Translations under genes and position numbers: made by a program | Origin: an uncultured Steroidobacteraceae bacterium | Lineage (GTDB): Bacteria > Pseudomonadota > Gammaproteobacteria > Steroidobacterales > Steroidobacteraceae | NCBI GenBank assembly: GCA_964658215.1 | Contig: CAZZYJ010000002.1 | Coordinates: forward strand, 1-45,004 | Length of the DNA: 45,004 nt | Direction: 5' to 3' | Notes under the pieces: model-generated | Told to the model about the DNA's origin: nothing | The model's database searches: none | Seen by the model: only the letters and a program-made list of their open reading frames with translations | Shown here: positions 19,870 to 28,837 of the stretch, in pieces | Position numbering within the stretch: the first letter of the stretch is position 1 | Layout: each line of letters starts with the position of its first letter

Positions 19870-20415
19870 ATGAAAAAGATCACCCCCCGGGACTTTCGCA
19901 ACGCGTTCGAAGCGGTCTTGAAGACCGAACAGGCCAGCTTCCGCACGGCGGTCAACTTCGAGGTCAAGTCGTACGTTTATTTCCTGCGCTCCAGCATCTA
20001 TCCCAAGGTGGCGAAACAGCTGGAGTTGATCGCCTGGAACAAGGAGTACCACTCCCTCGAATGCATGTTCTACGAGGAACGTGGCACCGACAACGTCGGC
20101 AATCACACGGCGTATGCGAAATGGATTTCCGTGGCCTTGGAGCACGAGCACACCACCGCCAAATCGCACGAAAAACTGAGCAAGCTGCAGGGTTTCAACG
20201 CGCCCTTGAAGGTGTTGATCACCTATGCGGCCGAAGGCCTCGAAACGGACCTGTTGCTGCGGCGGTACGAAACCGTCATGAGCGACGCCGACGTGTTCGG
20301 GGACTTCTCCACGCTGCGTCAGCAGCTCGTGATTTTCGGCACGCCGAAGACGGTCAGGGCGTGGCGATTCTATGCCTACGAAAGCGACGGCTTCGTGCTC
20401 ATGTTGCCGGGCTGA
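19870..20415 (+). CDS. hypothetical protein (orphan; possible PD-(D/E)xK-like nuclease fold)
   Basis: 181 aa with noticeably lower GC than its surroundings, immediately 3' of tRNA-Pro. Contains acidic motifs LECMFYEE and ISVALEHEH...K. No family recognised. Confidence 0.6.
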   Translation: MKKITPRDFRNAFEAVLKTEQASFRTAVNFEVKSYVYFLRSSIYPKVAKQLELIAWNKEYHSLECMFYEERGTDNVGNHTAYAKWISVALEHEHTTAKSHEKLSKLQGFNAPLKVLITYAAEGLETDLLLRRYETVMSDADVFGDFSTLRQQLVIFGTPKTVRAWRFYAYESDGFVLMLPG

Positions 20416-20467
20416 CGACTCCGCCGACGCGAAGGCGCCGCGCCGGGCGCGGCACGCCCACGCCGAC

Positions 20468-21757
20468 TCAGAGGCTCAGCACCACTTTCAGTCCCAGCAC
20501 GAGGTCGTCGGCCTTGTCGGCGACGCCGCCGGGCTGGCGGATGTACTGGAAATTCGGCCGCAGGATGAGCCAGCGCGTCGCGTGCAGGCTGTAATAAAGT
20601 TCCGCGACATACTCCGAACTCTGCACCGCCACCGGGGTCCCGCCCAGCGCGTCCTGCAGTGCCTCCGCCCGCGCGACCCGCGGATTGACATGCGTGCGGC
20701 CGAGCGCGAGCGCGACATCATCGCCCCGGCGTGAGCCGAACAGGCCCGTGTACACGGCGCCCAGGTTGACCTGGTTGTCGGTGGTGGACGTGCCTCGATC
20801 GGTGACCACGACATTGAAGAATGCGGCCAGACCCTGTTTGGGCACGCCGCCGGACGGACTCGTCAGTTGTTGCAATACGTTGACGTAGGCGCCGTAGCGA
20901 CCGTTGCGCGGCAGCGCCGTGCCGCCCGCCACCACCAGCGGCTGACCTTCGGCACTCTCGAACACGTCGGCGCTTCGCGAGGTGTCGTACCAGACACCGA
21001 CCTTGTAACTGCCCGGCAACTTGTTTGCGCCGAGATGGGGCAGCCAGCCGAGTTCCAGGGGCATGAGCGCCCCCGTGGAACCGGGCGGATTGGCCAGCGT
21101 GAACGCGTAACGCTGCAGCAGGTAATTCTTGTTGACCACGTAGCCGCCGAGTTGCAGGTACCCGAACCCGTCGAGCATCACCTTCACCCGCGTCGCCCAC
21201 TGGCTGATCGGCCAGTTGTACCAGTCGCTGACGATGTTGCCGGGTGCGGCGCCGCAGAAGGTCAGATTCATGAATTCGCAATTGAAGGTGGCGAAGTCCT
21301 CGCCGACCGTCATCCTGCCGATTTTCCAATCCAGCACCTGTGCGTAGGTCTGCTGATACCAGAACTGCGTGATGAGCCAGGTCTGGCCGCGACCGTACAC
21401 CTCCTGGACCTGTTGCAGGGTGTCGAGCCGGTCGCTGAGGTTGTGCCCGTTGCGGTCGGTCACGGTGACCTGGAAGAGCGCCTGGCGCAGACGGAGCAAT
21501 TTTTCCAGATCGAACGTCGCGCCGAAGGTCAGCTGGTCGGTATAAAGGGTGCTGCTCCGTTGATCGCCCTTGACGGCCGATCCGGTCTCCGACACGTAGC
21601 CGAACTTGAAGTCGACGCCCTCCTCACGCAGGGTGCGTCGCGTACCTCCCCAGTCGCCGGTGAGATCGTTCTCCAGGGGCACCTGCGGCTCGCCGGCGCA
21701 TGCCGCATCGCCCGACCAGCCGAGGAGCGCCAGCAACAGCCAATATCGACATTTCAT
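20468..21757 (-). CDS. OprB-family carbohydrate-selective porin
   Basis: 429 aa from the ATG at 21757, with signal peptide MKCRYWLLLALLGWSGDAACA. LTGDWGGTRRTLREEGV and beta-barrel-type alternating sequence, with a C-terminal aromatic-rich end. Confidence 0.85.
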   Translation of the reverse strand: MKCRYWLLLALLGWSGDAACAGEPQVPLENDLTGDWGGTRRTLREEGVDFKFGYVSETGSAVKGDQRSSTLYTDQLTFGATFDLEKLLRLRQALFQVTVTDRNGHNLSDRLDTLQQVQEVYGRGQTWLITQFWYQQTYAQVLDWKIGRMTVGEDFATFNCEFMNLTFCGAAPGNIVSDWYNWPISQWATRVKVMLDGFGYLQLGGYVVNKNYLLQRYAFTLANPPGSTGALMPLELGWLPHLGANKLPGSYKVGVWYDTSRSADVFESAEGQPLVVAGGTALPRNGRYGAYVNVLQQLTSPSGGVPKQGLAAFFNVVVTDRGTSTTDNQVNLGAVYTGLFGSRRGDDVALALGRTHVNPRVARAEALQDALGGTPVAVQSSEYVAELYYSLHATRWLILRPNFQYIRQPGGVADKADDLVLGLKVVLSL

Positions 21758-21789
21758 GTCGAATATTATCACTTCGCATCCGCCGGCAG

Positions 21790-21912
21790 CTAAACCCGCG
21801 GCTGGGAGTGATTGCGCTCCTTGGTCCTGCAAATTTCCGCGGAATCCGAACTCTTGCAGGTGGCGCACGCGGTCAGCCACACCACGAGCACCACACAGAG
21901 CAGATTCTTCAT
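21790..21912 (-). CDS. putative 40-aa lipoprotein
   Basis: MKNLLCVVLVVWLTAC|ATCKSS.... Lipobox L-T-A-C, SD AGGGGAG 6 nt upstream of the ATG, and 32 nt upstream of the porin gene on the same strand. Too short for the ORF track; it appears there only as the tail of an antisense shadow ORF. Confidence 0.4.
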   Translation of the reverse strand: MKNLLCVVLVVWLTACATCKSSDSAEICRTKERNHSQPRV

Positions 21913-21923
21913 TTCGTCTCCCC

Positions 21924-21957
21924 TTGTAACTTTTTTGCAACTTATGGATTCTATTCT
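21924..21957 (+). promoter_or_regulatory. PhoB/OmpR-type direct-repeat box plus -10 element upstream of the TonB-dependent receptor
   Basis: TTGTAAC-TTTT-TTGCAAC (21924-21941) has 7-4-7 architecture and matches 11/14 half-site positions of the E. coli Pho box CTGTCAT-AWAW-CTGT(C/A)A(C/T). TATTCT lies 10 nt downstream (21952-21957). Confidence 0.3.
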
Positions 21958-22008
21958 GCCGCGCATAAAGTAGATGGTTTCAATAAGATCAGACAAGGGA
22001 TGTAAGCA

Positions 22009-24672
22009 ATGAACTCGAATTCGAAGTTGTCGTATGCCATTGCCGCCATTTTGAGCGGCGCCGGCTTCAGTATGGGAGTCGCACACGCGGCCGATTCGAC
22101 CGTTGCGGCCGATTCGGAAGGGATACAGGAAATAACCGTGACGGCGCAGCGGCGCTCGCAGAGCATCCAGGATGTTCCCATCACCATCCAGGCCATTACG
22201 GGCGAATCGCTCAAGGAGCTGAGCGTCACGACCTTCGACGACGTCATCAAGCTGCTCCCCAACGTGTCGTTCGGCGGCAACGGACCGGGCCAGGGCAGCA
22301 TCTTCATGCGCGGTTTGAGCGCAGGGTCGGCCGGCAACCAGTCGAGCGCGTCCATCGCGCCGTTTCCGAACGTCGCCGTCTACCTCGACGATCAATCCAT
22401 GCAATTCCCGGCGCGCAATCTCGACATCTACATGGTGGACATGGAGCGCATCGAAGTGCTCGAGGGACCGCAGGGCACGCTGTTCGGTGGCGGCGCGGAA
22501 GCCGGGGCCATCCGTTACATCACCAACAAGCCCAAACTCAACGTCACGGAAGGCAGCGCCGACGCCATGTACGGCACGACGGCGGGCGGCGATCCGAACA
22601 GCAGCATCAACACCGTCTTGAACCTGCCGCTGATCCCGGACACCCTCGCCGTTCGCGGCGTGATCTACGACGAGCGCCGCGGCGGTTACATCAACAACGT
22701 GCCGAGCACGTTCACCCGCAGCAACAATGACCTGGGGAGCTTCTACACCGGCTACACGCCTGTGAACGGACTGTGCCCGAACGGGCTCCCCGGCACCGCA
22801 CACTGCACCGTGCCGAACGCTCCGGTCGGCAACAATTACGCGCAGGCCGGCAATGCCATCAATCCCGTCACGTACCAGGGTCTGCGGCTCTCCGCGCTCT
22901 ACCAGATCAACGACGACTGGAACGTGCTGGTGGCGCAGAGCTATCAGAACATGGAGGCGGACGGCGAGTTCGTCCAGTATCCGACCGGGTCCGATGGCCA
23001 GACCCTGGGCCGCGACCAGGTCACGCTGTTCACGCCGGCCTACGACAAGGACAAGTACGAGGACAGCACCTGGACGGTGAACGGCAAGATAGGCGACTTC
23101 AAGGCCGTCTACACCGGCGGTTATCTGGTGCGCCACATCGACCAGCAGGCCGACTACACGAATTATTCGCGCAGCGCGGGCGGCTTCTACTACGCCTGCA
23201 CGGGCGGCACCAGCCTGGGTGCGGGCACCACACCGACCTGTTATTCGCCCGTCAGCTCCTGGCGGGACGAGGTGAAGAACACCCACCAGAGCCATGAGCT
23301 GCGCCTCAGCACCCCGGACGACTGGCAGGTTCGCGGCATCGCCGGCGCCTACTGGGAAGACTTCGAAATCGACGATGTGATGAACTTCAACTACAAGAGC
23401 ATTCCCTCCTGCACCGCGTCGAATCTCGCCACCGCGCTCGCCGGCGGCGCTCCCTGCGTGGCCAACGTGACCACCGCCCCCGCTTCCACCGCTTCGCAGC
23501 CGGGCCAGCGCGGCGATGCCACCGCCTTCGGCGAGGACCTGCAGCGCGGCTACAAGCAGACCGCGCTGTTCGGTTCCGTGGACTATGATTTGATTCCGAA
23601 GGTGCTCACCGCCACCGTGGGCACGCGGTACTACCACTACTCCGAATTCGAAACCGGTTCCCAGTACGAGACCGGCTCGAATTGCGTGAACGTGCCGAAC
23701 GGGCAGTGCACCGGCGGCAGCTATCACAACATCAACGCGGAAAATCTGAGCACGACGTACCATGGCTTTCGCAGCCGCGCGAATCTCACCTGGCACATCG
23801 CCCCGGATACGATGGTTTACTACACCTTCTCGCAGGGCTTCCGGCCGGGCGCGTTCAATCGTACGGTATCGGCCGTGGCGAACGACGCCGCCGGCAAACC
23901 GCAATACGAGAAGCCGCACGGCTACGCGCCGGATTCGCTGACCAACCACGAGATCGGCCTCAAGACCGAATTCTTCGACCATCACATCCAGCTCAATCTG
24001 TCGGCCTATCGGATGTACTGGGACAACGTGCAGCTGTTGTTCTTCAATCCCACCGAATTGGGCAACACCACCTTCGGCGTCAACGGCCCCAACTACACCA
24101 TCACCGGCACGGAGCTGCAGGTGACGGCCAAGGTCGTGGACGGCCTCACGGTGCAAGGATCGGGGTCCTACAACCATTCCGTGCAGACCAACTCGCCCTG
24201 CCTGGTCAACAACATCGCGACCAGCGCCGGCTACGGCCAGTGCATCACGGAGGTCAAGGGCGCCCCGTTCCAGAATCCCTTCGGCGCGCTCGGCACCGTG
24301 CCGGCGTTCTCGCCGCTGCTGCAGTTCAACATGCGGGCGCGCTACGACTGGTCGTTCAACGACTACAAGGCCTTCGTGATGGCCGGCGGCAACCACGTCG
24401 GCAGCATGTACAACGAGCCCGCGACCTACCTTGCCGGCGACACGGCCGCGCAGGCCGTGCCCACCACCACCCTGTTGCGCTACAAGCAGCCCGGCTACAC
24501 GACGTATGACGCCTCGCTGGGAGTCGCGAAGGACAGCTGGACCGCGCAGCTGTTCGGCACGAATCTCTTCAACTCGAATGCCAGCACGTTCACCTCGTCC
24601 GCGCAGTTCATCAAATCGGAGGTGCCGCTGCGGCCGCGGGTGCTGGGGTTGCGCATCGGCTACAAATTCTGA
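22009..24672 (+). CDS. TonB-dependent receptor
   Basis: 887 aa. Signal peptide ending VAHA|AD. Plug region EITVTAQRRSQSIQDVPITIQAI and IEVLEGPQGTLFG, a long beta-barrel, and a C-terminal ...LRIGYKF. Confidence 0.95.
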   Translation: MNSNSKLSYAIAAILSGAGFSMGVAHAADSTVAADSEGIQEITVTAQRRSQSIQDVPITIQAITGESLKELSVTTFDDVIKLLPNVSFGGNGPGQGSIFMRGLSAGSAGNQSSASIAPFPNVAVYLDDQSMQFPARNLDIYMVDMERIEVLEGPQGTLFGGGAEAGAIRYITNKPKLNVTEGSADAMYGTTAGGDPNSSINTVLNLPLIPDTLAVRGVIYDERRGGYINNVPSTFTRSNNDLGSFYTGYTPVNGLCPNGLPGTAHCTVPNAPVGNNYAQAGNAINPVTYQGLRLSALYQINDDWNVLVAQSYQNMEADGEFVQYPTGSDGQTLGRDQVTLFTPAYDKDKYEDSTWTVNGKIGDFKAVYTGGYLVRHIDQQADYTNYSRSAGGFYYACTGGTSLGAGTTPTCYSPVSSWRDEVKNTHQSHELRLSTPDDWQVRGIAGAYWEDFEIDDVMNFNYKSIPSCTASNLATALAGGAPCVANVTTAPASTASQPGQRGDATAFGEDLQRGYKQTALFGSVDYDLIPKVLTATVGTRYYHYSEFETGSQYETGSNCVNVPNGQCTGGSYHNINAENLSTTYHGFRSRANLTWHIAPDTMVYYTFSQGFRPGAFNRTVSAVANDAAGKPQYEKPHGYAPDSLTNHEIGLKTEFFDHHIQLNLSAYRMYWDNVQLLFFNPTELGNTTFGVNGPNYTITGTELQVTAKVVDGLTVQGSGSYNHSVQTNSPCLVNNIATSAGYGQCITEVKGAPFQNPFGALGTVPAFSPLLQFNMRARYDWSFNDYKAFVMAGGNHVGSMYNEPATYLAGDTAAQAVPTTTLLRYKQPGYTTYDASLGVAKDSWTAQLFGTNLFNSNASTFTSSAQFIKSEVPLRPRVLGLRIGYKF

Positions 24673-24701
24673 CGCCGCCCGCGTCCGGCGCAGGCCCGCC
24701 G

Positions 24702-26675
24702 GTGGAACAGGAACTGCGCCGCGTGCAGGCGCTGCTGAAGGCCGGCCGTCACACGGACAGCCGGGAGGCGGCCGCGGCGCTGGCCGCGCGGGTTCCCGAG
24801 AACCGCGACGTGCTGTATGCGCTGGCCATGAGCCAGCGCTGCTCGCACGACATCCCGGCCGCACTCGCGACGCTTGGACGCCTGCAAACGCATCATCCAA
24901 AATACAGCCGCCTGTTCCAGGAACGTGGCCACTGTCACGTCGCGACCCGCGATGCACCACGCGCCATCGAGGCCTTCCTCGAGGCCGTGAACATCAACCC
25001 GGCGCTGCCGGCGAGTTGGAGCATGCTCGAGGGGCTGTACCGGTTGATCGGCGAGGCCGACAACGCGGCGATGGCCGCCGCGCACGTCGCGACGCTCAAG
25101 CGCCTGCCTCCGGAAATCGTCAGCGCCACCAGCCTGTTCGCGGATGGCGACTGGCTGCCCGCCGAGCACCTGGTGCGGGCGTATCTTTTGGAACACGGCG
25201 ACCACGTCGAGGGCATGCGGCTGCTGGCGAGGATCGGGATCGCGCGCGACGTGCTCGACGACGCCGAGTTGCTGCTCGAGGGCGTCCTGCATCTGGCACC
25301 CGATTACCAGGCGGCGCGCTTCGACTACGCCCGCGTGTTGGTGGAGCGGCACAAATATCACCGCGCCCGCGCCGAGCTGTCCCGCCTGGTCGCCGCGCAG
25401 CCCGACGACCGGCAGTACCTGACGCTGCTGGCCCGCGCCCTCGCAGGCATCGGCGAACACGACGCCGCGCTGGTGCTGTACCGCCGCCTGCTGCTTGCCG
25501 CGCCGCAGGAGGCGGATCTGCACCTGTCGATCGCGCATTCCCTGAAGACCTTGGGCCGGCTTACCGAGGCCATCGACGCCTATCGCGCCGCCGCCGCGGC
25601 GAGGCCCGGCTTCGGTGACGCCTATTGGAGCCTCGCGAACCTCAAGACCTATCGATTTCTGGACGACGAGCTCGCGCGCATGGACGCCGCGGAATCCGCC
25701 GCGCAGACGCCTCTCATCGACCGCTACCACCTATGCTTCGCCTTGGGCAAGGCCCTCGAGGACCGCGCCGACTATCCACGGTCGTGGCGTTACTACGAGC
25801 GCGGCAACGCACTGAAACGCGCCGAGAGCCGCTACCGGCCGGAACTCCTCGAACTCAATACGCGCCGGCAAATCGAGGTCTGCACGCCGGAGTTCTTCGC
25901 GCGGCGCGCAGGCGTGGGCGATCCCGCGGTGGACCCGATCTTCATCGTCGGCCTGCCCCGCTCCGGATCCACCCTGCTAGAACAGATTCTCGCCTCCCAT
26001 TCCCGGGTGGAGGGCACGCAGGAACTGGCCGAGATTCCGCGGCTCGCACTCGAACTGCAGGGACGCGACCCCGAGCTCGGCAATCCGCGCTATCCGGGCG
26101 TGCTCGCCGACCTGGACGCGGAGACGTTCCGGCGTCTCGGCGCGAGATATCTGACGGACACGCGCAGCTACCGGACGGACCGGCCGTATTTCATCGACAA
26201 GATGCCGAATAATTTCCGCCACATCGGACTCATCCACCTGATGCTGCCGAACGCAACGATCATCGACGCCCGCCGCGAGCCGATGGCGTGCTGCTTCGGC
26301 AATCTGAAACAGCTGTTCGCCAGCGGCCAGGAGTTCACCTACGGCATCGAGGACATCGCGCGCTACTACCGGACCTATCTCGAGCTGATGCAACACTGGG
26401 ACGCGGCCCTGCCCGGACGTGTTCTGCGCGTCCATCACGAGGACGTGGTGGATGATCTCGAAGGCAGCGTGCGCCGGCTGCTCGCCTTCTGCGGCCTGGA
26501 TTTCGAGCCCGCCTGCGTCGACTTCCACAAGACCGAGCGCAGCGTCCGCACGGCGAGTTCCGAACAGGTCCGACGGCCCATCTTTCGCGACGGCCTCGAG
26601 CAATGGAAGCATTACGCACCCTGGCTCGGCGAGCTCGAGCGCGCGCTCGGCGACGCCCGGCAACGCCACCGCTGA
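24702..26675 (+). CDS. TPR-repeat-containing sulfotransferase family protein
   Basis: 657 aa with a GTG start 29 nt after the receptor stop. The N-terminal about 380 aa are TPR-like repeats. The C-terminal sulfotransferase domain carries the PAPS 5'-phosphosulfate loop GLPRSGSTLLEQIL and a downstream 3'-phosphate-binding region (RxxD...). Confidence 0.85.
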   Translation: MEQELRRVQALLKAGRHTDSREAAAALAARVPENRDVLYALAMSQRCSHDIPAALATLGRLQTHHPKYSRLFQERGHCHVATRDAPRAIEAFLEAVNINPALPASWSMLEGLYRLIGEADNAAMAAAHVATLKRLPPEIVSATSLFADGDWLPAEHLVRAYLLEHGDHVEGMRLLARIGIARDVLDDAELLLEGVLHLAPDYQAARFDYARVLVERHKYHRARAELSRLVAAQPDDRQYLTLLARALAGIGEHDAALVLYRRLLLAAPQEADLHLSIAHSLKTLGRLTEAIDAYRAAAAARPGFGDAYWSLANLKTYRFLDDELARMDAAESAAQTPLIDRYHLCFALGKALEDRADYPRSWRYYERGNALKRAESRYRPELLELNTRRQIEVCTPEFFARRAGVGDPAVDPIFIVGLPRSGSTLLEQILASHSRVEGTQELAEIPRLALELQGRDPELGNPRYPGVLADLDAETFRRLGARYLTDTRSYRTDRPYFIDKMPNNFRHIGLIHLMLPNATIIDARREPMACCFGNLKQLFASGQEFTYGIEDIARYYRTYLELMQHWDAALPGRVLRVHHEDVVDDLEGSVRRLLAFCGLDFEPACVDFHKTERSVRTASSEQVRRPIFRDGLEQWKHYAPWLGELERALGDARQRHR

Positions 26676-26728
26676 CGCACCCGTCGGTCGCACGGGTCAG
26701 TCGCGCCGCGCGAGGACCCTGGGGGGGG

Positions 26729-27511
26729 TCAGCCCACCCACTCGAGCGCGCCGACGAGTTCGGCCACCGAGTCGATGACGAGATCGGCGCCCGCATCCTC
26801 GAGGGCCCGTGCGGCGATGCCCCGGCGGCGGCCGCGCTCCGCCGCCGGTAATGCCTGCAGCGCTTCCCAAGACAGGCCGAGGGCGTTGCCCGACGTGACG
26901 CCGACGGTGAACGCGCCGGCGGCCTTGCCCTCGCGAATGCCGGCCTCGGCATCGTCCACCTTGACCACCCGCGACAGGGGCCACACGCCGAGTTCCACGC
27001 AGGCCTTGTAGATCATCAACGGCGACGGGCGCCCGACCCGCGTCTCGCCCGCACAGATCACCTGCGCGGGCTGATAGCCCTGCGCGGCCGCGAGCGCGAG
27101 CACCGGCTCCATCATGTCCCGCGTGTAGCCCGTGGAGGAGGCCACCTGGATCCCCGCCCGGCGCAGTTGGTCGAACGTCTCGCGGGCGCCTGGAATGAGC
27201 GTGGCTGCGCTTGCCGCATGGTGGCGCATCAACGGCCCGAGCCGCGCGACGAGCCGCGCCGCGGCGTCGGCACCGGGGTCGCAGCCGAAGCGGGCCCGCC
27301 ACGCCGCCACCACCGCCGGCTCACGCAGCAGACCGTCGATGTGATCGCTCTTCGCCCTGCCCATGTCGTGTCGCACCGTGACCGCATCGACCACGACGCC
27401 TTCGGCGCCGAATGCTTCACGCAAGGCCTCGACCGGCGCCATGCAGCCGAAATCCACCATGGTCCCCGCCCAGTCGAAGATCACCAGGTCGAAATGGTGT
27501 TTGAGCTTCAC
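26729..27511 (-). CDS. phnX: phosphonoacetaldehyde hydrolase (phosphonatase)
   Basis: 260 aa with a GTG start at 27511 overlapping the upstream stop (GTGA). HAD motif I VIFDWAGTMVDFGCMAP, a Schiff-base Lys context (MGRAKSDH, compare B. cereus MGLLKIDH), STGYTRDMM and GRPSPLM. Confidence 0.85.
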   Translation of the reverse strand: MKLKHHFDLVIFDWAGTMVDFGCMAPVEALREAFGAEGVVVDAVTVRHDMGRAKSDHIDGLLREPAVVAAWRARFGCDPGADAAARLVARLGPLMRHHAASAATLIPGARETFDQLRRAGIQVASSTGYTRDMMEPVLALAAAQGYQPAQVICAGETRVGRPSPLMIYKACVELGVWPLSRVVKVDDAEAGIREGKAAGAFTVGVTSGNALGLSWEALQALPAAERGRRRGIAARALEDAGADLVIDSVAELVGALEWVG

Positions 27512-28680
27512 GCCACCGCCCCGCGTGCCGGCAGCTCGGTGCACCGGTCGGCGAACAAATCCGCGACCACCTCCTCGCCGATCGCGAAACACGAGGACGC
27601 CCCCGCACCACACGTCACGAGGGCGAGCCGAACGTGCGGCTCGGGCGCGTCGATCAACATTGGCCTGTCGGCGGCGGCATACGTGCCGGTCCACCGCTCG
27701 AGCGTGGGCGGCGGCTCGATGCCGAGTGCGGCGCGAAATTCGTCGAGGATGAGCAGATCGATTTCCTGGTGCCCGAAGGGATCCGGCGTCGGCGCGTAGT
27801 GATGGCTGTCACCCACCACCAGACTGCCGTCCGCGCTCTGCACGACGATGAGGTGGACACCGTGCCGGAGGTGCGCAGCCTGCTCGCACGCGAGCCGGAT
27901 TTTGAGCGGCCCCGCCGCCGCGAGGTCGGCATAGCCCGCGTAGCGCGCGAGTCCGAGATCCGACATGCACGCGGCGGGAAGGCGGAATCCAGGACTCGCC
28001 AGCCGCAGCATCTGCAGCTTGCAGCGGGTCAGCGCATGAACCGCCAGGCGTTCGCGATACAGGCTCTGAAAGTCGTCGCCGGGGCAGACGACCACCCGGT
28101 CCGCCTTCACGCTGCCGCGCGAGGTGACCACCCGGGGCAGGTCGATGCCGCATACGACGGTTTCGCGCAGAAAAGTCACGCCCTGCGCACTCGCCAGCCA
28201 TGCCGCGAGTCGTGGCACCGCCTCCCGCGATTCCACGCGCAGTTCCGCCGTGCTTTCGAGCACCGCCAGGAGATCCGGCGCCTTCAGTTGTGGGCAGCGG
28301 AGCCGTGCCTCGGCCGCACTCAACAGACGGCAGCCGGCGGCCATCTCGGTGGCCAGAAACGCCTCCGCGACGCGTACCGACTCCGGACGCCGCGCCGTGA
28401 CCCATGCCCCCGTCTGCAGGATGGGTATGTCGGCGGCCGCGGCCACTTCGCGCCACACCTCGCGGGTGCGACACGCGCGTGCCCACATCGACGTGCGCTC
28501 CTGTCCGCTCACCGTGACGAAGCCGAAGTTGCGCACCGACGCACCGTTCGCCTGGGCATCGCGGTCGATCACGACCACGCGCAGCCCCAAGCGAGCGGCG
28601 GCGAGCGCCACGGCCAGTCCGACGATCCCGGCGCCGACCACCGCAAGCTCGAACTGCACCGCGTGAAAGCCTCGTGCCAT
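27508..28680 (-). CDS. FAD-dependent oxidoreductase (DAO family; aminophosphonate-oxidase-like, phosphonatase-associated clade)
   Basis: 390 aa with an N-terminal Rossmann dinucleotide motif VVGAGIVGLAVAL...VVVIDRD. Translationally coupled to phnX. The clade assignment is from memory of phnX-linked DadA-like oxidoreductases. Confidence 0.8.
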   Translation of the reverse strand: MARGFHAVQFELAVVGAGIVGLAVALAAARLGLRVVVIDRDAQANGASVRNFGFVTVSGQERTSMWARACRTREVWREVAAAADIPILQTGAWVTARRPESVRVAEAFLATEMAAGCRLLSAAEARLRCPQLKAPDLLAVLESTAELRVESREAVPRLAAWLASAQGVTFLRETVVCGIDLPRVVTSRGSVKADRVVVCPGDDFQSLYRERLAVHALTRCKLQMLRLASPGFRLPAACMSDLGLARYAGYADLAAAGPLKIRLACEQAAHLRHGVHLIVVQSADGSLVVGDSHHYAPTPDPFGHQEIDLLILDEFRAALGIEPPPTLERWTGTYAAADRPMLIDAPEPHVRLALVTCGAGASSCFAIGEEVVADLFADRCTELPARGAVA

Positions 28681-28737
28681 GGGCTACGCCATCCGCCGGG
28701 GTCTCGTCATATCGCCTCGTGAAGCATGTTTCCTGGC

Positions 28738-28767
28738 AGTATACGGACGCGAATGTGACGGTTTCCA
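28738..28767 (-). promoter_or_regulatory. candidate sigma70 promoter for the FAD-oxidoreductase/phnX operon
   Basis: On the minus strand: TGGAAA (28762-28767), an 18-nt spacer, then TATACT (28738-28743). About 55 nt upstream of the ATG at 28680. Confidence 0.3.
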
Positions 28768-28777
28768 CCGCCGGAAA

Positions 28778-28795
28778 GTGTCATCACCCTGTAAC
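28778..28795 (+). promoter_or_regulatory. Pho box (PhoB-binding-site-like) upstream of the DUF5690 gene
   Basis: GTGTCAT-CACC-CTGTAAC matches 13/14 half-site positions of CTGTCAT-N4-CTGT(C/A)A(C/T). Same orientation as the downstream gene, 43 nt before its ATG. Confidence 0.45.
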
Positions 28796-28837
28796 GGGCG
28801 GGCGGCTTCATGTCGGTCGAAGTTTCTCCAAGGTCGT

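Noticed and set aside
20437-20453. GC-rich hairpin (gccgcg...cgcggc) between the orphan gene and the porin gene as a terminator.
   Set aside because: It has a 6-7-bp stem but no flanking U/A tract on either strand, so it is not distinguishable from chance palindromes in GC-rich DNA.
21790-24960. 1056-aa ORF on the minus strand spanning the whole TonB-dependent receptor gene. Similar long shadow ORFs occur at 12653-14524 (+), 6246-7844 (+), 31676-33076 (+), 41744-43708 (+), 11044-12066 (+) and 37654-38997 (+).
   Set aside because: The translations are Arg/Gly/Ala/Pro-rich and low-complexity, and they lie antisense to genes with clear family motifs. This is the typical open antisense frame of high-GC DNA. 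Only the last 40 codons of 21790-24960, which lie outside the receptor gene, were kept as a possible small lipoprotein.
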